A stretch of DNA of 64,000 bases from a virus. The position numbers and the translations under genes are program-made. Numbering within the stretch: the stretch's first letter is position 1; the number at the start of each line of letters is the position of its first letter. Below the pieces are notes generated by a model. It saw only the letters and a program-made list of their open reading frames with translations. It made no database searches and was not told where the DNA came from. Where the stretch lies: the IMG/VR virus record IMGVR_UViG_3300014204_007611. The stretch is one strand, 5' to 3'. This document shows, one piece after another, positions 9,234 to 19,113 of this stretch.

Positions 9234-11813
9234 TTAAAGATATTCATGAACCACCGGGTATCCGGCACCCGATTCTGGATAATATGTGCCTGGATTTGTT
9301 ATGCTGTATCCAGCAGTCGGTTGCTTCCATGCGCTAGATCCCAATGACGCACCAATGCTATAATATCCACTAGTGCTACACCAAATGGTATAAGAGCCAT
9401 CAGTTCTAACAGCATACACTCTGCCATTATAATCGCCAGCTGCTAGATAATCGCCAGTACAATCCGGCTGCACAGAGCTGCCTCCTGTAACATAATAATC
9501 CGGTGCAGTTGGCGATGGCGACAGTGAATGTGATGGCGACAGTGAATGTGATGGCGACAGTGAATGTGATGGCGAATGCGATGGTGACAGCAGCGATGGT
9601 GATGGCGATGGCGAATCTGACGGTGAAGCCGAAAGTGGCGACAAAGAAATCGATAACAATGACGGAGATATCGACAATGGCGATTGCGATGGCGTAGGAG
9701 ATATTGATGGTGATGGCGACGGCGAATTACTCAAACTCAACGATGCCGATGGCGACAATGATTCAGATGGAGACGGTGAAGGCGACAATGATTCAGATGG
9801 AGATGGTGATACCGATACCGATGGTGATGGTGACAATGAAACCGATGGCGACAAACTGATCGATGGCGACAATGAAGTCGAAGTTGATAATGATGGTGAT
9901 GGCGAAGGCGATACACTTAGCATGATTTCAGCGGCACTAGTCTCACCAGCAGCAGATACTGGGTCAAGTGCGCTAACTGATACTGTTATCCTGTATCCTA
10001 AACAGCAGTTCAATCTTAATGTATTGATCTCTGCATTAGTGACTATCGTCCCAGACGTACCACTAAAATAAAAAGTGATAATTCCAATATTTGTCAAAGG
10101 CTGACGGCTATCGCCAGATTGGCGTGATATCGTGGTCGTCGCAACCGTTTTATCAGTAACCGCCCATCCTATAGGACAACTTGACTGGCTTACCGCAACA
10201 CGCGGGTCGAATGTAAATCCAGGTATCGTACTTTCTTGAGATTGGTATATCTCTCGCGCATCGTCACATATCGAATCGTATTCCAATCTCCAAGTGACTT
10301 CCACCACTATTGGTGATGTTGTTGATATATTGACAGTTGCATTATATTCATGCAGTCCGCCATTTATACTACAAACAGCAACCTGTGAAGATGTATTGCC
10401 GATAGCCGTTAAATTGACATCCTCAAACTCATATCCACCCTCTAATAAAAATGATATCGGGCAGTCGCAGTTGCAACCATAAGTCGAGCCAGCTGGAGTC
10501 TGGATACTATCAACAATTCCAATCGGGCAAGCTCCGGTTACATCATTAACATTAGAACAGAAAAAGAAATCTTCTTGGCAGCATAGTTGGCCTGGGTCCG
10601 CCTCTTCAACTATCGACCATGGATAGCCTGGGTTAGATGCCATGCTCTCGTTGGCTTTTTGCCAAGGCATCATCCCAGAATCAACCTTTGTGTAATCTGG
10701 CCACATCAACCTAGAAGCAGCAAGATGTCTTTGTCGCAAACACGTGCCAGTAGGAGTCCAATCGCTAAACACCAATTTCGGAATTTCAGCTACAACAGGG
10801 TTTATATTGTACCTAGTTATGCTTTTACAACTATCGGTTGAAACCTGTAATGCGGCATATGTGTCGGTTATCGATGTCGTTGTAGTAGCACAAATATGGC
10901 TAACAGCCAGTTTTGATACACAATTTGTTTTGAATAGCTCTGACGATAAATAATTTATCGAATTCAAGCCGTCACCTTGACGCATCAAGATTATAGCTGC
11001 GTTCGACATTAAATTACTATCATTTACAGCATCTGACACGACACTTATGAAGCCGTGCCCGTCTTCACCAACAGGGCCTCTCTTACCCATTTGTAAAGCT
11101 TTATAGTGCCATGTCAGCGTACTCCATTGTTGGCTGGCTATCTGCCCAGATAAACGTCCATCAGCATATTCCAAAAATGTCGAGGCAGTATCAATTATTA
11201 TCGAAGACGACACTACCTCGAATTCAGATCCGACAATTTTTATTACGACTGAAGGAGTAGAAGAATAACTAGAAAACAATCTTAAAGATATTGGCGTGCC
11301 GAGTGAATCATCAACAGCTACATCAATCGACATTCTTGAATCGGATATAGAAGCTGGATACTTCTTTTCCGATTCACCAGGAGAGCCATGTGTCCCTGTA
11401 TCTCCTTGCTCACCGATAAGCCCCTGCTCGCCTGGACATCTAAGTTGTGATAGTAGTGCAAGTAATCGCGGCCTATTGACCTCAATCCTTAAATCATTGA
11501 TCGATTCTGGCTCAAATGTCAGAGTGTGATTTGAGGACTGGAATAAATAATAATAGCCAGATAAGTGAGGGTATATCTTTAGGAAATCGAATGTCAGACC
11601 GTTTTTAATCGCTGACGATATCGCATTTATACGAGTGAAGATGGACGGAGAAACCAATCCGTCTTTAGTGTCGGTAACGACTGGCGAGTCATCGATGGTT
11701 CCGATATTCATCCAGGAATTCAACTGGATGTTATATCTCCAAATTGATCCATAGACATCACAGACCTCCATACCATCTGTCGGCGTTTTCGGTAGGCGTG
11801 TGATGTTTGACAT
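9234..11813 (-). CDS. Fibre-like structural glycoprotein candidate, with a collagen-like segment and a Ser/Pro-rich linker (paralog A)
   Basis: 859 aa. The N-terminus and central Cys-rich blocks are shared with 6631..9222 (GEQGLIGEQGDTGTHGSPG; CCQEDFFFCSNVNDV). The linker is SPSPSxSLSPS repeats, encoded by the tandem DNA repeats around 9490-9960. Confidence 0.6.
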   Translation of the reverse strand: MSNITRLPKTPTDGMEVCDVYGSIWRYNIQLNSWMNIGTIDDSPVVTDTKDGLVSPSIFTRINAISSAIKNGLTFDFLKIYPHLSGYYYLFQSSNHTLTFEPESINDLRIEVNRPRLLALLSQLRCPGEQGLIGEQGDTGTHGSPGESEKKYPASISDSRMSIDVAVDDSLGTPISLRLFSSYSSTPSVVIKIVGSEFEVVSSSIIIDTASTFLEYADGRLSGQIASQQWSTLTWHYKALQMGKRGPVGEDGHGFISVVSDAVNDSNLMSNAAIILMRQGDGLNSINYLSSELFKTNCVSKLAVSHICATTTTSITDTYAALQVSTDSCKSITRYNINPVVAEIPKLVFSDWTPTGTCLRQRHLAASRLMWPDYTKVDSGMMPWQKANESMASNPGYPWSIVEEADPGQLCCQEDFFFCSNVNDVTGACPIGIVDSIQTPAGSTYGCNCDCPISFLLEGGYEFEDVNLTAIGNTSSQVAVCSINGGLHEYNATVNISTTSPIVVEVTWRLEYDSICDDAREIYQSQESTIPGFTFDPRVAVSQSSCPIGWAVTDKTVATTTISRQSGDSRQPLTNIGIITFYFSGTSGTIVTNAEINTLRLNCCLGYRITVSVSALDPVSAAGETSAAEIMLSVSPSPSPSLSTSTSLSPSISLSPSVSLSPSPSVSVSPSPSESLSPSPSPSESLSPSASLSLSNSPSPSPSISPTPSQSPLSISPSLLSISLSPLSASPSDSPSPSPSLLSPSHSPSHSLSPSHSLSPSHSLSPSPTAPDYYVTGGSSVQPDCTGDYLAAGDYNGRVYAVRTDGSYTIWCSTSGYYSIGASLGSSAWKQPTAGYSITNPGTYYPESGAGYPVVHEYL
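9490..9960. repeat. Tandem nucleotide repeats encoding the Ser/Pro linker of the fibre paralog
   Basis: GTGAATGTGATGGCGACA repeats three times, followed by multiple GATGGCGA(C/T)(A/G) variants. Confidence 0.6.
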
Positions 11814-11818
11814 ATTGA

Positions 11819-12064
11819 TTAATCATCCGACGATATCGCGTCCAATAACTCGCTAGGATCATAGTCGACCAGAGGGACTACTTTGTCGGTGCCTTCTTCA
11901 TGTTCGACCTCTGCGGCGCAATGAACACACAAGACCGTATCGGGAACGGCCTTCAATCGCTCCTTTGGTATTTTTCGCCCGCACTGTTCGCAGACCACAG
12001 CATCTTCAATCTTAGCCTTTCCAAGTTTGTTATTTTTCATACTACCTCCATGGTGTGAATACAT
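11819..12064 (-). CDS. DksA/TraR-family C4 zinc-finger protein
   Basis: CEQCGRKIPKERLKAVPDTVLCVHC is the classic DksA/TraR CxxC-x17-CxxC finger. Confidence 0.55.
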   Translation of the reverse strand: MYSHHGGSMKNNKLGKAKIEDAVVCEQCGRKIPKERLKAVPDTVLCVHCAAEVEHEEGTDKVVPLVDYDPSELLDAISSDD

Positions 12065-12093
12065 TACTTACGAAGTCATTCAAAACTAAATAC

Positions 12094-12717
12094 ATGGGTA
12101 CCTGCAATATCAAGTTTGAACAGAAATTATCATCCGCTCTATTACTATGTGAATCTATATCAGGTAGGGATATAATTTCTGCTATAAATAAACAACGCCA
12201 ATCCAAACGTCTGAATCCTGTCAACCACAATAGCAAGATAGATATCGCTGCCAAGATACAAGCCAAACAAATGGCTATGACAGGGCAATTCAAACACACC
12301 TTACATGGCGTTAAATATCCAAACCTTGATGATAGAATGCGGGCTTCTGGTTACGCCTATTACAAAGCAGGAGAGGTGCTATTCACAGGAAACGAAGGTC
12401 CAGATGCAATAGTTAATCTGTGGATGGGATCAAAGCCGCACAAAGAAGCGATATTGCATCCAGATGTCAAAGAAATAGGTATATCTATAGAATATTCTCC
12501 TAGCCGCGAGCCATATGTCTGCGCAGTATTATGTGCTCCGTTTGGAGAAAGCCAAGAGATGGCGGCAGAAATTGCTAATAAAATCGTCAGTATAGCTAAA
12601 GAGCAGGGTACTATCGCAGCAAAAAGAATACTCAACGATATAGCACAATCTAAGGCAATGCAATGGGTGATTAGATCACCACAAGTACAAAGAGTTATTG
12701 CTGCTCTGAGGCGATAA
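12094..12717 (+). CDS. CAP/SCP (YkwD-like) domain protein, likely secreted or lipoprotein
   Basis: NLWMGSKPHKEAILHPDVKEIGIS matches the CAP signature WMNSxGHRxNIL...IG, and GYAYYKAGE matches the YkwD GYSY..GEN block. ATG at 12094; the track's 12055 GTG start overlaps the upstream divergent gene. Confidence 0.5.
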   Translation: MGTCNIKFEQKLSSALLLCESISGRDIISAINKQRQSKRLNPVNHNSKIDIAAKIQAKQMAMTGQFKHTLHGVKYPNLDDRMRASGYAYYKAGEVLFTGNEGPDAIVNLWMGSKPHKEAILHPDVKEIGISIEYSPSREPYVCAVLCAPFGESQEMAAEIANKIVSIAKEQGTIAAKRILNDIAQSKAMQWVIRSPQVQRVIAALRR

Positions 12718-13555
12718 ATGGCAACTCTTTGCAAACGAAACCAGCAGCACCTTTATGTCCGCCGCCGCCAAACGATTTAGCAATCGTCGAAACATCTACT
12801 GTCTCTGAATACAAACTGACGGTAAATTGACGCCCGTCGTATATGAATGCTATGCAGACGGGGTATTCCTTAGCCTTCTCGCCGAAGCCCTGTGAACCGA
12901 AGCGATAAGCGTTGAGGGCATAGGCTTTTTGCCCACCTATCACGGTTTCGAACCCGAAAGACTTGCATATTTCGCCGCAATAATTATCACGGTAGAATAT
13001 GCACACTATTCCCTCATTTCTGATTTTGTCCCAGAGATTTTGTTCTTTGAGTAGTGTGTGCCATATTCCGCATTCTGGATCTTGGACACATAACTTCAGA
13101 CCCTCGTAGAACGCTAAGCATTCTTCCTTGCGTGTCATTCTCCAAGCATCATAATCGCCAAGAAGCGTCAACCAGTATGGCATAGGTTCCTTCGGGAAGA
13201 AGAATTTCCATGTCAGTTCTGCACCGCAAAGCCCCTTATCGGTGAAATCGCGAGCGCCAGCAATATCACAACCATAGTCGTATTCCTTTGCTGTTTTATG
13301 GTGATCGCACCAGATTACGCCCATTTTCGTCGCAGCCATAATCTTCTTCATCTCTTCCGGCTTAAACGAAAAATCAACAATGACCACAGTATCATTTGGG
13401 TCGATAAGTCCAAGCGGCGTTTCTGCCTTATAATCCATCTCAACTGCTTTGAAGCATGAGTGCTCCATTGGCGGCTGAGATACAGAATCATACCAACGCT
13501 TGACGATAGCAGCGGCACAACGCCCATCGGCGTCGTTGTGGTGGAAGACTATCAT
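12695..13555 (-). CDS. DHH/DHHA1 family phosphoesterase (NrnA/RecJ-like)
   Basis: VFHHNDADG (DHH motif I), WCDHHKT (DHH motif III) and a C-terminal GGGHKGAAGF (DHHA1). Confidence 0.7.
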   Translation of the reverse strand: MIVFHHNDADGRCAAAIVKRWYDSVSQPPMEHSCFKAVEMDYKAETPLGLIDPNDTVVIVDFSFKPEEMKKIMAATKMGVIWCDHHKTAKEYDYGCDIAGARDFTDKGLCGAELTWKFFFPKEPMPYWLTLLGDYDAWRMTRKEECLAFYEGLKLCVQDPECGIWHTLLKEQNLWDKIRNEGIVCIFYRDNYCGEICKSFGFETVIGGQKAYALNAYRFGSQGFGEKAKEYPVCIAFIYDGRQFTVSLYSETVDVSTIAKSFGGGGHKGAAGFVCKELPFIASEQQ

Positions 13556-13563
13556 ATTCTACC

Positions 13564-13938
13564 TTAATAAGATGAAATGGAGTCGCCAGCTTCAATAAAC
13601 TTGGCCATCTCCTCGGGCGTTGCGTGTTTAGTACAGAACCGGCGATGATTGAATATGCCAGGCTCATTTTTAGTGCACCCAGTCATCGTCGCCGGTTCAT
13701 TGCAACCTTCAGATTCGCATTTTTCCTTTGGCCACTCCTGCGTAATCGGAGTAAATTCGATGCCTTGGATTAGATACAACCGCCAATGCTCGCGAGCCTC
13801 TTGTTCCGTCGTATGGCCTGGGCAATCAGACGCGCATAGTCCAACAGGCCATATTCGATCATCATTTCGACACGTATAATGGAATAAGCCAGTAGGTTTG
13901 CCATCTTTGGTAAGCTCCCGTGGTTGGTAGTAATTCAT
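13564..13938 (-). CDS. Cys-rich hypothetical protein
   Basis: 124-aa ORF with multiple Cys/His residues, lying between the DHH and helicase genes. Confidence 0.4.
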   Translation of the reverse strand: MNYYQPRELTKDGKPTGLFHYTCRNDDRIWPVGLCASDCPGHTTEQEAREHWRLYLIQGIEFTPITQEWPKEKCESEGCNEPATMTGCTKNEPGIFNHRRFCTKHATPEEMAKFIEAGDSISSY

Positions 13939-13946
13939 ATCAGCAC

Positions 13947-15716
13947 CTAGAATGGAATATCATCATCCTCTGTAGGTTTGGATCGGATCGCTTGGATTTC
14001 CGATTTGAACTTCTCACCATAATCGACAGCATCTTTGAACCACGACGGAATCATACTGGCGGCTTCGATCATAAATCTGTGAAAAACTTCGTCGAGGACG
14101 TAAGTGTGTGCCCAATCAGTTTCGCTTCTGATGCTTCTGCCGCTCGACTGGATAAGCTTCAATGCCGTGAGCCATGTGTAATAACGTTGATCAATCTCCA
14201 TTCTGCGTTCAAGTTGTTTGTTATCCTTGAAATTAGGCCATGGCACTTTGCAAATCAACTGAATCCTACTCAAATCGCCACGTAAATCTAAACCCTCATG
14301 TAAAGCTGGTGCAATAATGATAGTATTTGCACTACTGTCGTGCTTTCGCAACATATCTTCTTTTGTTGCGAAACGTTTCTGATATAAAAACCTATGGCGA
14401 TGACGCGACTTTTCCATCAAGTAGTCGGCGATTGCGAAGTTGTGAGTATGGACGATACCACGGTCGTCCTCGTACCTATCAAGAATTTGGTCTACTTTCG
14501 CAACAAGCTTTGGTGCCCATTCTTTCATTTTGGCTGGGCCACCAACAATCTTAGCAGCACTATCAACGACTATTGGGCGATTCTCGACCGGGAATCTATT
14601 CTTCATCCGATAGGCAGCAACCTGGTTTCTGGGTATGCCTAAAGAGTAGCAGAAGATATCAACATCAAGTATCGTAGCACTCATCATTAACACATGAGAG
14701 CCGTTATTGAACATCAATTGATGCGATTTTGAGTGAACAAAGATAGGCTTCAATGTGACCGATCGATAAGCGTAGTGCTTCTGCCCTTGTCCTTGCTCTA
14801 CGACCTTGAATTCTGCAACCCAATCTTCATCTTCTTCGATACTGGCATAGAAGGCACTTAACTTGCGGACCAACCCTTCGTATTCATCGGCTGTTTCTGT
14901 GTCTTCTGCTTCTTCCGCCATCTCGGCAATAGCCTGCACCTTCGCAAGGATGTCGTTTTCCTTAAACGACATATAATATTCCTGCGGAAGCTCGTATTCT
15001 TCAAGTTTATAACCAAGCTTTTGAAGTCGCTTATCGTCGATGGTTATAGATATGAAATCAAGCAGCTGTGGCTCTGCTTGATGTGCTTCGTCGATGATCA
15101 AAAGATCGCGTGTTGAAAATCTTTGTGCAATCGCTCTTTGGTATAGGAAACTGCTGTAGTTCATGATCGCCACTTTAGCAGCCATCGTATTAGCGATCTG
15201 CTTGTAGTACGGACACGAACTATGATACATCGTGTTAAATGCCTTCTCGGCAGCCGATTCACCATCCGCTGGCACATACGGGAAGCACATTTTACAACGG
15301 CGGGCTTTGTCTTTCTTGCGACAATAACCTTTATCACAAGTTGGCGGTGCTGTCAGAAGTCTGTCCAAGTCCTTTTGGAACATGGCCTTCCTCTGTACAG
15401 CATTCCTACCAAAATTCTCATAAAAAGTGCAGTTATAGGCTGATCGCCCCTTGAGATCGACAACTTCACCGCTGCCGAAGTCATTCATAATCTGCGTCTG
15501 CAAAACCTTCTGTACAGTCAAGTAATAACTAGACTCGAAGAATTTCGCGATAGCCATTCCGATGGCTGATTTACCTGCACCTGTCGGTGCTTCAAGAACG
15601 ACGTACTTCTTGCCAGATGCAAATGCATTGAGTATGAACTCAATGCATTCACGCTGACCTTCTCTGAAGACATCGAATGGGAAATATTCCGGTATTTTGC
15701 TTAGATCGAATTCCAT
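13947..15716 (-). CDS. Rad3/XPD/DinG-like superfamily-2 DNA helicase with an Fe-S cluster domain
   Basis: Walker A LEAPTGAGKS, DEAH box IIDEAH, and a four-Cys insertion (NCTF...CRKK...CKMC...SCPYY) typical of XPD/DinG Fe-S helicases. Confidence 0.7.
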   Translation of the reverse strand: MEFDLSKIPEYFPFDVFREGQRECIEFILNAFASGKKYVVLEAPTGAGKSAIGMAIAKFFESSYYLTVQKVLQTQIMNDFGSGEVVDLKGRSAYNCTFYENFGRNAVQRKAMFQKDLDRLLTAPPTCDKGYCRKKDKARRCKMCFPYVPADGESAAEKAFNTMYHSSCPYYKQIANTMAAKVAIMNYSSFLYQRAIAQRFSTRDLLIIDEAHQAEPQLLDFISITIDDKRLQKLGYKLEEYELPQEYYMSFKENDILAKVQAIAEMAEEAEDTETADEYEGLVRKLSAFYASIEEDEDWVAEFKVVEQGQGQKHYAYRSVTLKPIFVHSKSHQLMFNNGSHVLMMSATILDVDIFCYSLGIPRNQVAAYRMKNRFPVENRPIVVDSAAKIVGGPAKMKEWAPKLVAKVDQILDRYEDDRGIVHTHNFAIADYLMEKSRHRHRFLYQKRFATKEDMLRKHDSSANTIIIAPALHEGLDLRGDLSRIQLICKVPWPNFKDNKQLERRMEIDQRYYTWLTALKLIQSSGRSIRSETDWAHTYVLDEVFHRFMIEAASMIPSWFKDAVDYGEKFKSEIQAIRSKPTEDDDIPF

Positions 15717-15719
15717 GTA

Positions 15720-15989
15720 TTATGAAATACTATCAGAATTACGCATATGATTGTCAGATTCTACAGCTTTAGTCCATTTCACCCACAAGTCCTTTATCGA
15801 TTCCAAGTATTTCAATGGCAGCTTAATTTCGCCATTTCTTTCTAACATCGAAAAAGTACCAAATTTAACTAATTCTGTGGTATCTATGTCATGAAAAGAA
15901 TGAGCCCAGTCACAGAATTGCAGCCAAGCCGACTTATCTGTGTTTGGGTCAACGGAATCAAGAGCACGCTGTAGATTCTCATTAAGCAT
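15720..15989 (-). CDS. Hypothetical protein
   Basis: 89-aa ORF directly downstream of the helicase on the same strand. Confidence 0.35.
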   Translation of the reverse strand: MLNENLQRALDSVDPNTDKSAWLQFCDWAHSFHDIDTTELVKFGTFSMLERNGEIKLPLKYLESIKDLWVKWTKAVESDNHMRNSDSIS

Positions 15990-16013
15990 AAATCACCTCT
16001 TAAGAAATTTGAC

Positions 16014-17117
16014 ATGACGAAGATAGCAATAGTCGCGGACGTTCATTTGGGATATTCTGGACGCAGCAATGATATCCTCTGGGCTTTGCGGACTGTCAGG
16101 AATTATTGCCAGAATAATGATATCGATACTGTGGTTGTTCTCGGCGACCTGTTTCATGACAGGCAGCACCTCTCTATAGAAATACTGTGTGGTGCTTATG
16201 ATTTTTTCAGAGAAACAAAATTCGGCTACAACCAACAGTGGATTGCATTCCCTGGTAATCACGATATGTTCTTGAAGCATAGCTGGAATATCAATAGTAT
16301 CAGGCCGCTTGGCGAGTTGCTGACAATCGTTGATACCGTTAAGGTACTTGAAATAGATGATAGAAGGTATTGGGTCTTACCGTTCGTCTATTCAGAGTCA
16401 GCATATATGCGGATATTGCAACGAATTGAAAAGCAGTCGAGCAAAGAAGATGTCTTACTCACGCATGTTGGCGTCAATAATGCAATCCAAAATATCTGTT
16501 TCTTACTGCAACGCTGGTCAATGGTGACGTTCATTCAAAGCAAGTTTGACCGTGTATATGCTGGGCATTTTCACCTATGCCAACAAGTTGGTGATAACTT
16601 GTGGTATCCAGGTAGCCTATTACCATACAAATTCGATGAGGGCGATCATGACCACGGTTTTTTCGTTTTCGACCAAGACAAAAACGAGCACGAGTTCATC
16701 AATATCCTAGAACAAGGACGATTATTACAACCAAACATCGAGCCACCTCCGCAATATTGCACCTTCACTGTCGATTTATTAGATCAGAAGACAGAAGCCC
16801 AAGTTCGCGGTAATGTGATTAGGATTGCAACCGACAGAGATTATACGCCGAATGAATATCAAGAGATACGTGATCGCTTTACTGAGATGGGTGCAAAGAA
16901 GATTACTTTCATCAACCTTTCAGAAGACGACACACCGCACGACCAGTTAGCCGAACTTGAACCAATTAAGATAGAAGATCTGTTCGCAAAATGGTTTGAC
17001 CAAGACCTGCGTGGCGCTAAAGACCTACGACGCAATCTTGCGATCAGATTAAATCGAGAAATCGTTGACGAAGGCAATGAAATATACGCCAAGAGAGCAG
17101 ATCCGGATGCTATATGA
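16014..17117 (+). CDS. Mre11/SbcD-like DNA repair exonuclease (calcineurin-like metallophosphoesterase; T4 gp47 analog)
   Basis: IAIVADVHLG, VVVLGDLFHD, GNHD, HVGV and GHFH are all five metallophosphoesterase motifs. Confidence 0.75.
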   Translation: MTKIAIVADVHLGYSGRSNDILWALRTVRNYCQNNDIDTVVVLGDLFHDRQHLSIEILCGAYDFFRETKFGYNQQWIAFPGNHDMFLKHSWNINSIRPLGELLTIVDTVKVLEIDDRRYWVLPFVYSESAYMRILQRIEKQSSKEDVLLTHVGVNNAIQNICFLLQRWSMVTFIQSKFDRVYAGHFHLCQQVGDNLWYPGSLLPYKFDEGDHDHGFFVFDQDKNEHEFINILEQGRLLQPNIEPPPQYCTFTVDLLDQKTEAQVRGNVIRIATDRDYTPNEYQEIRDRFTEMGAKKITFINLSEDDTPHDQLAELEPIKIEDLFAKWFDQDLRGAKDLRRNLAIRLNREIVDEGNEIYAKRADPDAI

Positions 17118-17350
17118 AATCATCAGGAAGCTTAAGATTTCAAACATCATATCTTGGAACAATTGAAATTCCACTATTAGTGGTGCGAGAGTATAAAATC
17201 AGCTATTGCGATTTTAATAGTCTGAGCCATGCCGAAAGAGACGAGCAGCGTGGTCGTGTGGAATTAAACGACGGGACTGTTTTATATTCTACTACTAATG
17301 AGATAGAAGTCAAACCAAAATGCCGCAAGAAGAATTGGCGACACTGTTAG
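17114..17350 (+). CDS. Hypothetical small protein
   Basis: 78-aa ORF joined to sbcD by an ATGA overlap. Confidence 0.3.
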   Translation: MKSSGSLRFQTSYLGTIEIPLLVVREYKISYCDFNSLSHAERDEQRGRVELNDGTVLYSTTNEIEVKPKCRKKNWRHC

Positions 17351-19077
17351 CTCTTCTTTTTGCTTGGTTTCTTAATAACAACACTCTCTTCCGCCACAAT
17401 TGGTGCATATTTGCGGAAGCATAGTAGATTGTTAATAAACCAGCCCATGTGCGGGCCTTGCAAACAATATTCTATGCACTTGGAATGCAAAGCATCATCA
17501 TAGACCATACCAAGTGCTTCGAACTTCTCACGCCAGTATTGCTTCGGTCGGCAGTTAATATGCCCGACACCACCCTGACCAGGACGTGCCGCTGTCCATA
17601 GCAAAATGCCCCCTGGTAAGATGCAATCATAGACTTGTTTTGTGACTTGATCAGAATACTGCGGATCGATGTGTTCTGCTACTTCTAAACAAATCGCGAG
17701 CTGCTTCTGGAGTTTACCGTCTAATTTCAAAAGGTCTTCAACAAATAAACCCTCTTCATCGGCGATACGTGGATCGATGTCGATACCTATGCACTTAATG
17801 CCTATATCTGTCATCGCATAGGTGTATGTCCCAGGTCCGCATCCGATGTCGATCACATCTTTCGGATCGATAGCTTCCTTGATCCAAGTAGCTAATCGTT
17901 TTGCAAATGGCTCTTCTTCTTTTGCTACTTGTGCATAATCGATCTTCTCTTCAACAGTTGGGTAGAACTTCTTGTTGAATCCTAATTCAGTGCGACCGGG
18001 CTTAGGCTCGTACCATCCCTTCTTGCCATAAATGTCGAGGATAGAGTCAAAAAACTCCTCGTACATCGCAGCAACCCGCTCCATCGAGAAGTTGTTGAGT
18101 GCCCAAGCACGACAAACATGTGGATCGATTTTGTCGAGGTTCTTCACAGCCCACACAAACTGCTCAAATGTGTGACAACGATATCCAGTAATCCCGTGCA
18201 GGTTGTTCTCAGTGAAAGCACCCCAATCGGAAGTAATAGTAGGTGTCCCAGAAAACAAGCATTCAACTTGAACGCCACCGAAAGGCTCGTTGTATTGGCT
18301 TGCAAGAATAAGACCTTTAGCGCGAGACATCAGCTTCTTACGTGTCTCAATATCAGCGTAACCAACAAATTCAACTGACGGGTCTTTTGATAGTTCATAA
18401 TCACCCATCTGACCGGCGACCTTGAGCTTTATGCCCGCAGCCTTTGCGACTTGCTCGGCGATGTGAATGCCCTTCCCAACATAAACTCGACCGCAAAAAA
18501 GCAGATAGTCGTCTTTCTCTGCCGAGAATTCGAATTCATCCGGATTGAAATAATTCGGTATGACGACATCATAATTATTTTGGATACATGAGCCAACAGA
18601 TTGAAGACCATAATAGGCATGATAAATCGCATATGATTCGAAAATCTTATACTTCGCCCAATGCCCTCCAGCATAACCAATGCCAGGTTCGACACAGATC
18701 AAGTCTGGGTGTGCATCACATATGACTCTATGCCCAGCACCCCAGAAAGGCAGGATGAAATCGTTCTTTTGTTTGCGTTTACTGATCTCCGCGATCGCAT
18801 TCGCATTGAATGTCGTATAGGCATGATCTCCGGTGTCGAACTTGAAGAAGTGTTTCCTCCAATCATGATCGCCATAAGCTTTCTTCCAGTCAGCGTCGGT
18901 GAGCACTGGCACATGCTCTGAACATTGCAAGTCTGAAGCTTCATGCCCGTAGTGAATGACAGTATGGCCACGATCTGTCATCATCTTAGCGAATTTGACG
19001 ACTTTCTGTGTATAAGCGCAGGCCACAAATTCTTTTGATGAAACTGTATGTTGAAGCCCCAATACATGAAATCGCAT
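17347..19077 (-). CDS. Bifunctional glycosyltransferase (GT4/GT-B) plus class I SAM-dependent methyltransferase
   Basis: The N-terminal half has EPFGGVQVECLFSGTPTITSDWGAF, a GT-B EX7E-type motif. The C-terminal half has VIDIGCGPGTYT (MTase motif I) and GIDID. Confidence 0.6.
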   Translation of the reverse strand: MRFHVLGLQHTVSSKEFVACAYTQKVVKFAKMMTDRGHTVIHYGHEASDLQCSEHVPVLTDADWKKAYGDHDWRKHFFKFDTGDHAYTTFNANAIAEISKRKQKNDFILPFWGAGHRVICDAHPDLICVEPGIGYAGGHWAKYKIFESYAIYHAYYGLQSVGSCIQNNYDVVIPNYFNPDEFEFSAEKDDYLLFCGRVYVGKGIHIAEQVAKAAGIKLKVAGQMGDYELSKDPSVEFVGYADIETRKKLMSRAKGLILASQYNEPFGGVQVECLFSGTPTITSDWGAFTENNLHGITGYRCHTFEQFVWAVKNLDKIDPHVCRAWALNNFSMERVAAMYEEFFDSILDIYGKKGWYEPKPGRTELGFNKKFYPTVEEKIDYAQVAKEEEPFAKRLATWIKEAIDPKDVIDIGCGPGTYTYAMTDIGIKCIGIDIDPRIADEEGLFVEDLLKLDGKLQKQLAICLEVAEHIDPQYSDQVTKQVYDCILPGGILLWTAARPGQGGVGHINCRPKQYWREKFEALGMVYDDALHSKCIEYCLQGPHMGWFINNLLCFRKYAPIVAEESVVIKKPSKKKS

Positions 19078-19113
19078 GGTTGTCTCCGGGTTTATTCCTT
19101 AAATACGTCTAAT

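Noticed and set aside
9490-9960. Tandem DNA repeats considered as a CRISPR array
   Set aside because: The repeats are 18 nt or shorter, contiguous without unique spacers, and sit inside a coding frame for the Ser/Pro linker.
15993-16280. ORF 15993..16280(-), 95 aa
   Set aside because: It lies antisense across the well-supported start and first metallophosphoesterase motifs of the sbcD-like gene.
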